A program made the position numbers and the translations under genes. The notes beneath the pieces are model-generated. The model saw nothing but the letters and a program-made list of their open reading frames with translations, was not told where the DNA came from and ran no database searches. This document shows, in pieces, positions 17,131 through 25,732 of a stretch of DNA of 37,914 bases. The stretch's first letter is position 1. Every line of letters begins with the position of its first letter. Source of the DNA: a virus (lineage: Duplodnaviria > Caudoviricetes); IMG/VR virus record IMGVR_UViG_3300046490_000095, positions 1-37,914 of that record. One strand, 5' to 3'.

Positions 17131-18602
17131 TCGCCCATCGCCACCTTCGTGGCGGCCGCCTCGGCCTCGGTCCGCACGACCTCGCGGAACGAGTCCTCGA
17201 ACGACTGGCTGGCCTGGCGCCCGCTGGAGGCCTTGTAGGCCTCCCAGTCGGGCTGGTAGGCCTCGGCCGCGTCGAGCAGGTCACGAGTCGTCAGGTGCGG
17301 CTCCTCGTGGCTGAGCGCGATGCTCTGCGCGAACTCCTGGACCTTGCGGATGTAGGAGTTGCCCCAGCCGTCGATCCGGCGGGTGACCTTCGCGAAGTCC
17401 ATCGTGATGACGTCCTGGTCGTCCCAGGACACGTCGCCGTAGACCTGCTCCGCCTCGATGGTGTTGCCGGCGTCGGGCGCCGAGCAGTCCCGCAGCGAGC
17501 GACGGAGCAGCTGCTCCACGCCCTGGGTGTCCAGCGGCCCGAAGTAGATCTCCTTGAAGAAGCGGCGACGCGCGGCCTGGTGGACGGAGAGGTCCTCCAG
17601 GAAGTTCGTCGTCGCGATGAGCAGGACCTCCGAGCCCTTGGACGTGGCGCCGTCGAGCTCCTCGAGCAGGTCGGTGCGGTCCTGGTCGGAGGCGTCGTTG
17701 ACGAGGCGCTCGAAGTCCTCGACCGCGACGACGTGGCGCCCCTGCTTGCGGGCGTAGCGCAGCGTCCCGATGACGTCGCGCAGGGAGCCGTTGCACTGGA
17801 TGAACGTCCAGCCGTTCTCCATCGCCTCCTGGGCGACGATGTTCATCGTCTCCGTCTTGCCGTTGCCGGGCTCGCCGTGCCAGAGCACCGGGCGGTGCAG
17901 GTCGATCCCACGCTCGCGGGCCCGGTCGGTGAACCGGATCACGTTGAGCACGGAGCCCTCCAGCGCCGCGCGCGTCGAGGCCGACCACACGATGGCGTTG
18001 CGGTCGGTGACGTACGGGTCGAGGAAGCGCGCCGGGACGTCGGCCGTGTAGGCCTTGCCCCGGTAGATGGAGTGCTTCATCAGCTCGTCGGCGATCTCCT
18101 GGTTGAGCTGACGGGCGGCGTGCTCGTAGAGCTTCGGGACCTCGAACTTCGTGATCCCGACCAGGCCCATGCCGTCGCCGGTGTCGATCGCGTCCAGGGT
18201 CAGCGTGCCCTTGAGCTGGGGGATGGTCAGCACTCCCCACGGCACGTAGATGACCTCGGTGGTGGACACGGCGACCTCGACGGAGCCGGCCTTCCCGCGG
18301 GTGGTGGTGATGCCGAAGCGGCGGGCCAGGACCCGGGCGCAGGCGTTGGCGACGTCCCAGGGACGGTAGCCGTAGTCCTGCTTGATGACCGGGATGATCG
18401 ACTTCTTGTCCGCGGCCCACTGGCTGAGCGTGTCGAGCGCGACCGCGTCGCTGATGCCCTCGGGCAGCACGATCTGGACGCCCTCGGCGTAGGTGACGGG
18501 CTCGGCGTAGTCGCCGGCGTTCCCACCGCGGCCGAGCGAGGTGAGCTCGTCGACGATGTTGGTGAAGTGCTCGTTCTTCTTCTCGAGGTAGGTGTCGGTC
18601 AT
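17127..18602 (-). CDS. AAA+ ATPase (491 aa) with a long N-terminal domain
   Basis: Walker A GEPGNGKT, Walker B VVAVEDFE, LLEELDG, sensor-1 ATTN, Arg-rich RRRF; start ATG 18602 (MTDTYLEK). Confidence 0.88.
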   Translation of the reverse strand: MTDTYLEKKNEHFTNIVDELTSLGRGGNAGDYAEPVTYAEGVQIVLPEGISDAVALDTLSQWAADKKSIIPVIKQDYGYRPWDVANACARVLARRFGITTTRGKAGSVEVAVSTTEVIYVPWGVLTIPQLKGTLTLDAIDTGDGMGLVGITKFEVPKLYEHAARQLNQEIADELMKHSIYRGKAYTADVPARFLDPYVTDRNAIVWSASTRAALEGSVLNVIRFTDRARERGIDLHRPVLWHGEPGNGKTETMNIVAQEAMENGWTFIQCNGSLRDVIGTLRYARKQGRHVVAVEDFERLVNDASDQDRTDLLEELDGATSKGSEVLLIATTNFLEDLSVHQAARRRFFKEIYFGPLDTQGVEQLLRRSLRDCSAPDAGNTIEAEQVYGDVSWDDQDVITMDFAKVTRRIDGWGNSYIRKVQEFAQSIALSHEEPHLTTRDLLDAAEAYQPDWEAYKASSGRQASQSFEDSFREVVRTEAEAAATKVAMGE

Positions 18603-18610
18603 GGTTCTTC

Positions 18611-19036
18611 TCACGCTCCGATGAACTCGTTGTACGTCTGGCTGGTGGACAGGACCGTCGCCTTGCTGTAGTTCTCGTACCGGTGCTCGCAGCCCCGGCA
18701 CGACTCGTCCTCGTCGAGGCTCTCGTCGTGGCTGTCCAGCTGGAGGACCACGTCGTCGTCGAAGAACACGATCGGGACCACGCTGATCTCCAGGTAGCGC
18801 AGGAGCTGCCTGTTGATGTTGTAGTCCTGGCTCGAACTGGTGCCGTACCCGTAGATCAGGCAGACCTCGTTGCCGTTCCACCAGTCCAGGTCGAAGTTGA
18901 TCTGCTCGACCGGGGCCCCGGGGAACACCTGCGCGAACAGGTGCTCCTTGTGGAAGGTCAGGAGCTTCTCGGTGATCTGCTCGGCCTGGTGGTCGGTCGG
19001 CTGCTGCCCGAAGGCGATGGACACGTGTCTCGTCAC
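18611..19036 (-). CDS. hypothetical protein
   Basis: RBS aggaggaag; high GC3; CRGC near the C-terminus. Confidence 0.7.
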   Translation of the reverse strand: MTRHVSIAFGQQPTDHQAEQITEKLLTFHKEHLFAQVFPGAPVEQINFDLDWWNGNEVCLIYGYGTSSSQDYNINRQLLRYLEISVVPIVFFDDDVVLQLDSHDESLDEDESCRGCEHRYENYSKATVLSTSQTYNEFIGA

Positions 19037-19311
19037 GGCTTCTCTTCCTCCTTCACGATGCTGTAGGGCCGACGCGACGGGTGCACCATCGCGCCGACCT
19101 CCCTCAGGGCGACCTCAGGCTCGAGGTCGATGAACACGAGCTTGACGTTCAGGGTCCGCGCCGTCCGGATGGGGAATCCGGGGAGGATCCCCGGGTCCGT
19201 GACGTGCGGCTCATAGGTGGCGTCGAACAACGCGAGCTCCGCGTCGTCCGGGACTTCCACGGTGAGCTGGGGCCACTCCTCGCCCCAGCCGACCTTGTAG
19301 GTGCGGCTCAT
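19033..19311 (-). CDS. hypothetical protein
   Basis: Start/stop overlaps at both ends. Confidence 0.65.
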   Translation of the reverse strand: MSRTYKVGWGEEWPQLTVEVPDDAELALFDATYEPHVTDPGILPGFPIRTARTLNVKLVFIDLEPEVALREVGAMVHPSRRPYSIVKEEEKP

Positions 19312-19523
19312 GCGGCCTCGACCGCCTCGACAGCGCGCTTGGCGTCGTCCAGGGATGCGAAGTCCTCCTCGAGCAGTTCACCGGAGCGCAGGTCGTACAC
19401 CCGGAACCCCTCGAACACCGGGGATGTCCCGATGACCGGAAGGATCACGTAGTGCACGTCCTCGCTGACGTGGCAGGAGAAGGCGTTGTCGCCGATCCAG
19501 ACCCGTCGGAACCTGATCGACAT
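19308..19523 (-). CDS. hypothetical protein
   Basis: RBS ggaggag; MSIRFRRVW...F.SLDDAKRAVE. Confidence 0.7.
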   Translation of the reverse strand: MSIRFRRVWIGDNAFSCHVSEDVHYVILPVIGTSPVFEGFRVYDLRSGELLEEDFASLDDAKRAVEAVEAA

Positions 19524-19527
19524 CAGG

Positions 19528-20052
19528 TCACTCCTCCCTTCCGTATGCTTTCGCGACGACGGCTTCGTTCCAGACCGACGTCACGTAGCCGAAGACCGCG
19601 GGGTAGGTCTGCACGAGCGTGGACATGTCCCACCCGCACTCCCTCGCGGACTCGAACGCCGAGCGCTCGATGGGCACCAGCTCGAGGAGGTGGACGTCGC
19701 CCAACTCCCCGCGCGTGTCCCACGTCGAGTAGGAGGTGGAGAAGGCGTAGCCGCGAGTGCGGCCCTCGGCGTAGTCGAAGCCGGGGCCGTCCTCCGGGCC
19801 GGAGAGCGCCTTCTCCTTGCGCTGGGACTCCTCCACGGAGTCGGACTCGCCGAACACGGCGAGCTCGATCGTTCCGTTGTAGGAGAACCAGCAGAAAGCC
19901 CGCCCGTCGAGGAGTTCTCGTTGGGCGGGCAGCAGGGCGGCGAGTGCGGCCGCCTGGTTCTCGATCTCGAACTTCATCAGGTCCTCCCAGGACCCCTCGG
20001 CGATGTACCCGCCGGGGAGGTCGTGGACCGTGACCTTGTCTTCGTCGCTCAA
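19528..20052 (-). CDS. hypothetical phage protein
   Basis: RBS gaaggag before a TTG start; RGYAFSTSYS...GELGDVH motif. Confidence 0.72.
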   Translation of the reverse strand: MSDEDKVTVHDLPGGYIAEGSWEDLMKFEIENQAAALAALLPAQRELLDGRAFCWFSYNGTIELAVFGESDSVEESQRKEKALSGPEDGPGFDYAEGRTRGYAFSTSYSTWDTRGELGDVHLLELVPIERSAFESARECGWDMSTLVQTYPAVFGYVTSVWNEAVVAKAYGREE

Positions 20053-20065
20053 GGCGACTCCCTTC

Positions 20066-20347
20066 CTAGGGCGTGATGTACGCAGCTGCTCGCTGCATGA
20101 AGTCCCCGACCGGCATCAGCAACGCCGGCGACACCCAGGGGGTCATCAGGATCAGCGTCGAGACCGCGGCCAGCAGGTAGCCGGTGATGCGGCGGACGAA
20201 CAGATCCATCGCCGTCTCCACGGGGGAGGAGGCGAAGGGGAGCATGGTCCCCGGGGTGCTTGCCGGGATGGCCTCGAGGTAGGCAGCGAACAGGTCGCTG
20301 ACCCAGTTGACGAGGCCCTTGGCGATGTCGCGAAGGGTCTGGAGCAT
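20066..20347 (-). CDS. hypothetical membrane protein
   Basis: RBS aaggag; hydrophobic GYLLAAVSTLILMTPWVSPALLM. Confidence 0.65.
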   Translation of the reverse strand: MLQTLRDIAKGLVNWVSDLFAAYLEAIPASTPGTMLPFASSPVETAMDLFVRRITGYLLAAVSTLILMTPWVSPALLMPVGDFMQRAAAYITP

Positions 20348-20355
20348 GGGACTCC

Positions 20356-20715
20356 TTACTGGTCGCGGTCGCGAACGACCGACAGGGTGATGGTGGTGCC
20401 GTTGGCGAACAGGCCCGCGGTGATGCGGGCCGCGTCCTCCGGGGCGATGCCGACGACGATGTCCGAGGACTCCTCGTCGGACTGGCCCAGGATCAGGCCC
20501 ATGGTGAAGGCCGTCATGAGGATCTCGTCGAGCTGCTCGCGCAGCAGGCCGATGTACTCGGTCTCGTCCTCGGTGTCGCCGCCGTTGTACGTCACGGTGG
20601 AGCCGGCGACGATGGTGTCCCCGAAGGCGTTGATCTCCGGGAGGACCTCGGTGAGGAGCTCGTCGGTGAGCAGCGGGATGGCCTCGGTGGCCTGGTCGTG
20701 CAGTCGATCGGTCAC
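20356..20715 (-). CDS. hypothetical acidic protein (119 aa)
   Basis: RBS aaggag before GTG 20715 (MTDRLHDQ...). Confidence 0.7.
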   Translation of the reverse strand: MTDRLHDQATEAIPLLTDELLTEVLPEINAFGDTIVAGSTVTYNGGDTEDETEYIGLLREQLDEILMTAFTMGLILGQSDEESSDIVVGIAPEDAARITAGLFANGTTITLSVVRDRDQ

Positions 20716-20858
20716 GTCTACTCCTTGATCGGTGGTGCTGGATGGGTGTCGTGCGAGTGGATCCGCGAATGGCCTAAGCGACGCTAGCCTCACGCCTACA
20801 GGCTTCTCCCGATCCTCTCGCTCCTGCTCTGCTAGGAACGAGCGTGCTGAGTGTTCGC

Positions 20859-21320
20859 TTACCGCGCCTCCACCAGGAGGAGGAGGTCGACCAGCGCCGT
20901 GGAGTAGCCCACCTCCGGGGTGTGGGGCCCGGTGGTGAAGTAGGGCACCTTCATCTCCTTGATCGCCTTGGCGACGGCCGTGAGGACGAAGTCGACCTCA
21001 CCCTCCGTGAGGTCGCCGTCCGCCTCGGTCACGATCTTGTCGAGGAAGGTCGGGGTCTTCGGCGGCGGGTCGAGCACCTCAAGGAGGTCACCGATGAGGT
21101 CGACCAGGGGCTGGACGTTCACTCCCCTGACCTTCATCAGTGCGCCGTACTCGTCGATGCCCCGGAGCGTGGCCTTCATCGCTTCGATGATGTCCACGGT
21201 CTCGACGGCGATCGCTGCGCCGTCGCGGCCGGGCTCGCACTCCGCGCACGCGACGGTGTGCGCGGAGTTGCACCCGAACCCTTCGCAGTGACGGCAGTGG
21301 TTGTAGATCTGGTCTCTCAT
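20859..21320 (-). CDS. hypothetical protein with N-terminal Cys cluster
   Basis: RBS ggagga; MRDQIYNHCRHCEGFGCNSAHTVACAEC. Confidence 0.7.
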   Translation of the reverse strand: MRDQIYNHCRHCEGFGCNSAHTVACAECEPGRDGAAIAVETVDIIEAMKATLRGIDEYGALMKVRGVNVQPLVDLIGDLLEVLDPPPKTPTFLDKIVTEADGDLTEGEVDFVLTAVAKAIKEMKVPYFTTGPHTPEVGYSTALVDLLLLVEAR

Positions 21321-21502
21321 CTGTCCTCCGATTCGTTGCTCTTCGTGTCCTCCGACACTGAGCGCTCGCCCACCCGATGGCGCAGGTACTCGCCACGCTG
21401 GCAGAACGAGCACGGGGTGGTGTGGGCCGGGATGGAGCCTGCCGTCAGGTACCGACAGGCCCCATCCTCGTCCCGCGCGCAGTGCCGGCAGCAGCCGGTC
21501 AC
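21317..21502 (-). CDS. small Cys-rich protein (61 aa)
   Basis: GTGA/ATGA coupling; CCRHC...C...HTTPCSFC. Confidence 0.5.
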   Translation of the reverse strand: MTGCCRHCARDEDGACRYLTAGSIPAHTTPCSFCQRGEYLRHRVGERSVSEDTKSNESEDR

Positions 21503-22026
21503 GACGCCTGGGGGTAGATCCGCGCCGGGCGGTGCGAGCGCTGCTTGGGGGTCGGACGCCCCTTGCGAGCGGTCGCGGGGACGGACTCCGCTTCGACGAC
21601 GATCTCGACGCTCTCGGAGTCGCCGTAGATGACACGGTCGACCGCGTAGCCCGAGGCCTGCTTGACGGAGACGAAGGACCAGACGGTGAAGATCTTGCTC
21701 ATCGCCCTGAGGGCGTTCTTGACGATCCTCCAGCCGAAGACGGCCAGGAACGGGAGCATGACGATGATGGTCGCCAGCGCGAGCGCCTTCTGGATCAGGG
21801 TGGAGATGACGCCGACCACCCAGAGCACCGCGTTGGCCGCCGCGAACAGGGCCAGCACGATGACCGATGCGATGAATCCCGCCGTCATGACGACGGCGTT
21901 GATGCCGAACCGAGCGACCGCCTTGAGCGCGCGGTAGGCGGCGAGGAAGCCGGACTTGAACCACTGACCCGTCGTGGCGACGGCCTTCTTGATCGAGGAC
22001 CAGATCCTCGTGGCGAGCTTGCGCAT
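21499..22026 (-). CDS. multi-TM membrane protein (175 aa)
   Basis: RBS gaaggag before ATG 22026; long hydrophobic stretches; first gene after a promoter/leader cassette. Confidence 0.75.
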   Translation of the reverse strand: MRKLATRIWSSIKKAVATTGQWFKSGFLAAYRALKAVARFGINAVVMTAGFIASVIVLALFAAANAVLWVVGVISTLIQKALALATIIVMLPFLAVFGWRIVKNALRAMSKIFTVWSFVSVKQASGYAVDRVIYGDSESVEIVVEAESVPATARKGRPTPKQRSHRPARIYPQAS

Positions 22027-22049
22027 GACGAACTCCTTCACGGATACGA

Positions 22050-22082
22050 AGAAAGCCCCGCCGGAGGGTCCGGACGAGGCTT
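22050..22082 (-). terminator. intrinsic terminator in a leader
   Basis: Minus strand reads aagcctcgtccgga-ccc-tccggcggggctt followed by tcttcgtat. Confidence 0.65.
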
Positions 22083-22135
22083 GTGCTGGTGGGGATCGGC
22101 GACGGGGGACGCACCTCTCCCCACCAGCGGGGTCT

Positions 22136-22165
22136 ATCTTACCTGACTGTCCGACTTCGTGTCTA
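22136..22165 (-). promoter_or_regulatory. SigA-like promoter TAGACA-N18-TAAGAT
   Basis: The -35 overlaps the upstream stop codon; shares the 14-mer GACACGAAGTCGGA with the promoter at 26534-26563. Confidence 0.65.
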
Positions 22166-22510
22166 GGCCGCCGACACGAGGCAGGTCTTGGGGATGCCCT
22201 TGAGCTGGAACTCGGTCACGTCCTGGGGGATGGTGAACCGGGAGGTCCGCGCCCAGCGCAGCTTCTCGGTGGACTCGGCGTCCAGCGTGAGGACCGCGTA
22301 GGTCGGGCCGAGCTCGTTGACGGTGCCCTTCAGGCCGGTGAGCGCCTTGGGGGTGATGTTCACGATCGACACGGTGTCGCCCAGCGAGATCGCCGCGGCC
22401 CGGATGGACCGGACCACCTTGCTGCGCGACTTGAAGGCCTCGAACACGGCGTCGAGCTCCTGCTGGGACTCGAGGGAGTGGATCCCCGCGAGCAGTTCGG
22501 TGATGGTCAT
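22163..22510 (-). CDS. hypothetical protein, possibly SH3-like fold (115 aa)
   Basis: RBS gaaggag; LGDTVSI.NITPK.L.GL.GTV.......AV..LD pattern. Confidence 0.75.
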   Translation of the reverse strand: MTITELLAGIHSLESQQELDAVFEAFKSRSKVVRSIRAAAISLGDTVSIVNITPKALTGLKGTVNELGPTYAVLTLDAESTEKLRWARTSRFTIPQDVTEFQLKGIPKTCLVSAA

Positions 22511-22707
22511 GCGTTCTCCTTCGGGGTTGAGTACCACGCCTCGTAGGCCGCGACGTGGTCAGGAACGATCGTGCGCAGGATCTCGGTGCGCTGCGCGTCG
22601 GACTTGGCGACGAGCCGGATCATGTCCGCGCTCCACCAGGTGGTGTCCTTCGGGTGGTTCAGGATGAGCTCGACGTTCTGGCGGTCGAACTCGGACAGGG
22701 GGATCAC
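22507..22707 (-). CDS. hypothetical protein
   Basis: Coupled overlaps; WWSADMIRLVAKSD......L....PDHVAAYEAW. Confidence 0.7.
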   Translation of the reverse strand: MIPLSEFDRQNVELILNHPKDTTWWSADMIRLVAKSDAQRTEILRTIVPDHVAAYEAWYSTPKENA

Positions 22708-23126
22708 GACTCGGCCCCGGAGCCTAGGAAGGTCCTGAGCTGATTGCGCTGGGACGGGGTGAGCAGGTTGACCGCTTCGCAGAGCTCCTGCTGGGTGGCC
22801 TCCTGGAGCGACTTCACGTAGGACGGCGGCTCGGGCTGGATCACCGAGAGGAAGCCTGCCCAGTCCTCGATGACGAAGCGAATCATCTCGGCGTGGGTGT
22901 TGTGGCCCTGGGTGAAGTAGACCGAGGCGTTCTCACTGGCCTGCTCGCCCATCCTGCGGACGATCTCCGCGCTGGTCAGCTGCATCGCGAGGTTGCCGAC
23001 CTCGAGGTGCTGGGTAGTGGCGCAGAGCACCAGGTGCGTGACCCACAACTCCTGGTCACCGACCTCCTCGAAGGCGTTGAGCAGTTCGTGGGGCATCACG
23101 GTTGTATAGAGCTGGACGGCCTTCAT
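22704..23126 (-). CDS. hypothetical protein (140 aa)
   Basis: MKAVQLYTT...; TGATG-type overlap. Confidence 0.65.
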   Translation of the reverse strand: MKAVQLYTTVMPHELLNAFEEVGDQELWVTHLVLCATTQHLEVGNLAMQLTSAEIVRRMGEQASENASVYFTQGHNTHAEMIRFVIEDWAGFLSVIQPEPPSYVKSLQEATQQELCEAVNLLTPSQRNQLRTFLGSGAES

Positions 23127-23401
23127 CACCGCTCCGGGTCGATCTCGAACATCGCCATGACGAGCACGGCGTTGTCCTCGCCGCCGATCCGGTAGCGGCG
23201 ACCGGACTCCTCGACCCCGGCGCGCTCGGCGGAGCGGAACTCCTGCTCGACGAAGGCGACGAAGCCGTTGCCCTCGGGGTCCTTGCTGGTGATCAAGATG
23301 TCGTCGGGCTGGTAGCGCCCGTCCCTGATCCCGAGCTGGAGCGAGTCGATGACCTGCGCGATGGTGGCCGCGGTCTCTCCGTTCACGGTCTGCATCTTCA
23401 C
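23126..23401 (-). CDS. hypothetical protein
   Basis: RBS aaggag; GTGA overlap. Confidence 0.65.
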   Translation of the reverse strand: MKMQTVNGETAATIAQVIDSLQLGIRDGRYQPDDILITSKDPEGNGFVAFVEQEFRSAERAGVEESGRRYRIGGEDNAVLVMAMFEIDPER

Positions 23402-23835
23402 GGTGTGAGCTCCTTGAGTCGTTGGATCTGCTTGCCGATGGCGAGGCCCTTGAGCGGGGTCTCGATGACGAAGTCCCTGCGCAGCCGCAGGCCGAGCTCG
23501 AGCCCACCGGCAGTGCGGTAGGCCTCGCCGGCCAGCAGGACGAGGGTGATGTCGCTGCGCGGAGCACGCGACGCGGTGACCTCGACGAGCCGGTAGGTGA
23601 CCTCGTCCGCCCAGGCGGACAGAGCACTGTCCGGCTTGTCGGCCAAGGTCATGTCATAGGGCTCGGTCCAGGCGTAGGGCGAGAGCAGCCCGTACTTGGC
23701 GGAGAGGATGTACCAGTCGTCCATCGTCTCCGCGTAGGCCCGGGCCGCCTTGAACAGGGTGCCCTGGTAGAGGTCTCTGGCTTCGGCCGGGTGGTCGAGC
23801 TTCTGCTTCCCACAGCCGACCAGCGCGATCCTCAT
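23398..23835 (-). CDS. DUF6884-like protein
   Basis: IALVGCGKQK....A.ARDLYQG.LF.AAR.YAE....WYILSAKYGLL......EPYD.TL...LLAGE.Y...PL.GL.IG.Q is the family signature. Confidence 0.8.
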   Translation of the reverse strand: MRIALVGCGKQKLDHPAEARDLYQGTLFKAARAYAETMDDWYILSAKYGLLSPYAWTEPYDMTLADKPDSALSAWADEVTYRLVEVTASRAPRSDITLVLLAGEAYRTAGGLELGLRLRRDFVIETPLKGLAIGKQIQRLKELTP

Positions 23836-24122
23836 CCGATCAACTCCTTCACCAGGGTGACGAGCGTCGCCACGGTCCTGTCGAAGTCCTCGGGCTCGGG
23901 ATCCATCGGAAGGTCGATGGTGACCGCGTCGGTCTCGTCGGGGACCACGAGGTCGTCATCGAGCACGCGAGACCAGGTGCCGTAGTCCCAGCCACAGAGG
24001 CCGGTGGACAGCACCAGGTTGCCCAGGTGGATCGAGACGATCCCGGGGTACTCGTAGAACGTGGTGACGCCCGCCTCGTTGAGCGCGGCCACGACGTCGA
24101 GGTTGAAGTCGTGGGTGGTCAT
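23832..24122 (-). CDS. hypothetical protein (96 aa)
   Basis: ATGA overlaps; MTTHDFNLD...FYEYPG. Confidence 0.7.
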   Translation of the reverse strand: MTTHDFNLDVVAALNEAGVTTFYEYPGIVSIHLGNLVLSTGLCGWDYGTWSRVLDDDLVVPDETDAVTIDLPMDPEPEDFDRTVATLVTLVKELIG

Positions 24123-24397
24123 GCCCGCTCCCCCTGCGCGATGAGGTCGACGAAGCCCTTGTTCGGGTCTCCCTCGACCGTGCTGACCGCGCTGATGAAG
24201 CGGAGACCGCACGAGTCGGCCCACCACTCGTGGAGAACCTCGAGCACAGCCACGTTGTCCGTCATGAACACCTTGTAGCCGTAGGCCTTGAACAACTCCA
24301 CCTGCTCCTCGTCCATCGCGAGGTAGATCTTGTGGCAGTCGTCGAACGCGATGGCCTTGGCGAAGGGGAGTGCCTTCTCGACCTTCTTCCAGCTCAT
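24119..24397 (-). CDS. hypothetical phage protein
   Basis: RBS agggag; KAIAFDDCHKIYLAMD...WWADSCGLRFISAV. Confidence 0.75.
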   Translation of the reverse strand: MSWKKVEKALPFAKAIAFDDCHKIYLAMDEEQVELFKAYGYKVFMTDNVAVLEVLHEWWADSCGLRFISAVSTVEGDPNKGFVDLIAQGERA

Positions 24398-24443
24398 GTC
24401 ATCTCCCTTGCGATGCGAGCGTCCTTGCGGATCTCGTCGGGCA

Positions 24444-24524
24444 TCAGAACCCCTTCGTGGTGTGGAGGATGCCGGCCGCCATGACGAAGGCCAGCGACAT
24501 CAGGGACAAGGAGCGCCACATCAC
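24444..24524 (-). CDS. 26-aa hydrophobic peptide
   Basis: GTGA overlap; MMWRSLSLMSLAFVMAAGILHTTKGF. Confidence 0.4.
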   Translation of the reverse strand: MMWRSLSLMSLAFVMAAGILHTTKGF

Positions 24525-24769
24525 GGCATGAACCCGATCCGCGCGAGGTTCTCCTCGGTGGCGGTCCAGCGCTCGCCGTTCGCTGTGTGGCGCTGGCTGG
24601 GCTGCCCTGCCTTGTCGTAGCAGGGATCGCAGAGGAACGCCCCTGTCGTGGTGTCCAGCGTGCCCTCCTCGCGGATGACGTACTGGTCGTTGGTCTCGTC
24701 CTCCTCCTTGATCCAGGAGTAGTCGATCTCGTCGGGGGTCTTGTTGCACCCCGCGCAGTGCAGGTTCAT
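24521..24769 (-). CDS. small Zn-finger-like protein (82 aa)
   Basis: CAGC...EEGT.....G.FLCDPCY.KAGQPS; TGATG overlap. Confidence 0.72.
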   Translation of the reverse strand: MNLHCAGCNKTPDEIDYSWIKEEDETNDQYVIREEGTLDTTTGAFLCDPCYDKAGQPSQRHTANGERWTATEENLARIGFMP

Positions 24770-25212
24770 CAGTCGTCCTCGCTCTCTTCGGGGTGGGCCG
24801 CCTGCCACTGCGCGTAGTGCAGCTTCGGGACGAAGACCTTCGTGCCGTGCAGGTTGGCGATGCCCTTGATCGACTGGCCCCAGTGCCCCTCGGAGTCCCA
24901 GAGGGTGAGGATGGTCTTGCCCACGAGGTCCTCCCAGATGCTCACTTCGCAGACCTTCATGATCTGGACGATGAAGTCCATCCCGTAGGCGGTGGGGCGG
25001 CGTTCGCCGCTCCGGTTTCCCTCGGCGTCCTTGGCGGGTCTTGCGTCCAGGCAGTAGCCACCGAACGACACCCCGGTGCCGTCGCCCGACAGGCTCAGGC
25101 TGGCGTCGAACAGCCCGTGGTCGTTGCTTCCGCCGAGCGCGGTCTTGGTGATCCGCATGACCTCGCCCGAGTAGTCGATCCCGTCGTAGGGGACCGTGAT
25201 CTTCACGCCCAT
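24769..25212 (-). CDS. hypothetical phage protein (147 aa)
   Basis: RBS gaaggag; I..T.LG..DHG......L...G.GV.FGGY.LD...IM.V..V..WEDL.GK. Confidence 0.78.
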   Translation of the reverse strand: MGVKITVPYDGIDYSGEVMRITKTALGGSNDHGLFDASLSLSGDGTGVSFGGYCLDARPAKDAEGNRSGERRPTAYGMDFIVQIMKVCEVSIWEDLVGKTILTLWDSEGHWGQSIKGIANLHGTKVFVPKLHYAQWQAAHPEESEDD

Positions 25213-25397
25213 GACTTCTCCTTCGTGATGGCCCGCTTCGCGATCGCGATCGGGGTGATGACGATGATCGCCATGAGGACCCACGGCAGCATGAGCGGCA
25301 GCAGGAGCCCAGCGACGATCACGGCTGCGTAGGACGCCCAGATGAAGAACGTCCAGATGATGAGTCCGACGTTGTGGAGGAACTCCTGAGGGCTCAT
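25203..25397 (-). CDS. small membrane protein (2 TM)
   Basis: Long hydrophobic run LIIWTFFIWASYAAVIVAGLLLPLMLPWVLMAIIVITPIAIA. Confidence 0.65.
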   Translation of the reverse strand: MSPQEFLHNVGLIIWTFFIWASYAAVIVAGLLLPLMLPWVLMAIIVITPIAIAKRAITKEKSWA

Positions 25398-25732
25398 GAC
25401 GCGAACTCGCAGAGCGCTTCCTCGGCCGCGACGCGCGCGTCCTCGAGGCGCTGGTACTCGGCCTCGCGCTCGGCCTCGCGGGCGAGAGCGATCGCCGTCA
25501 CCTGGGCGCGGCGGGCGCGCTCGTCGGCGATGATCTCCTCGACGCGCTTCTCGACGATGGCCTGGACCTCGGGGACCGTGTAGAACACGCTGAAGAGGGC
25601 CTCGACGATGGCGATGCTGCGCGTGGCCTCGTCCAGGTCCTCCTCGTTGTCGGTGAAGTCCATGTAGTCCTCGAGGTTCTCGAGATGCCAGTCGATGGCC
25701 ATGTCGTTCTTCTGGGCGGTGGTGTACGTCAT
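25394..25732 (-). CDS. hypothetical protein (112 aa)
   Basis: RBS gaggag; MTYTTAQKND...; charged helical C-terminus. Confidence 0.72.
   Translation of the reverse strand: MTYTTAQKNDMAIDWHLENLEDYMDFTDNEEDLDEATRSIAIVEALFSVFYTVPEVQAIVEKRVEEIIADERARRAQVTAIALAREAEREAEYQRLEDARVAAEEALCEFAS

Noticed and set aside
17295-18671. 458-aa plus-strand ORF and the 18603-18881 extension of the AAA ORF
   Set aside because: The first is an antisense shadow; the extension overlaps the real 18611-19036 gene.
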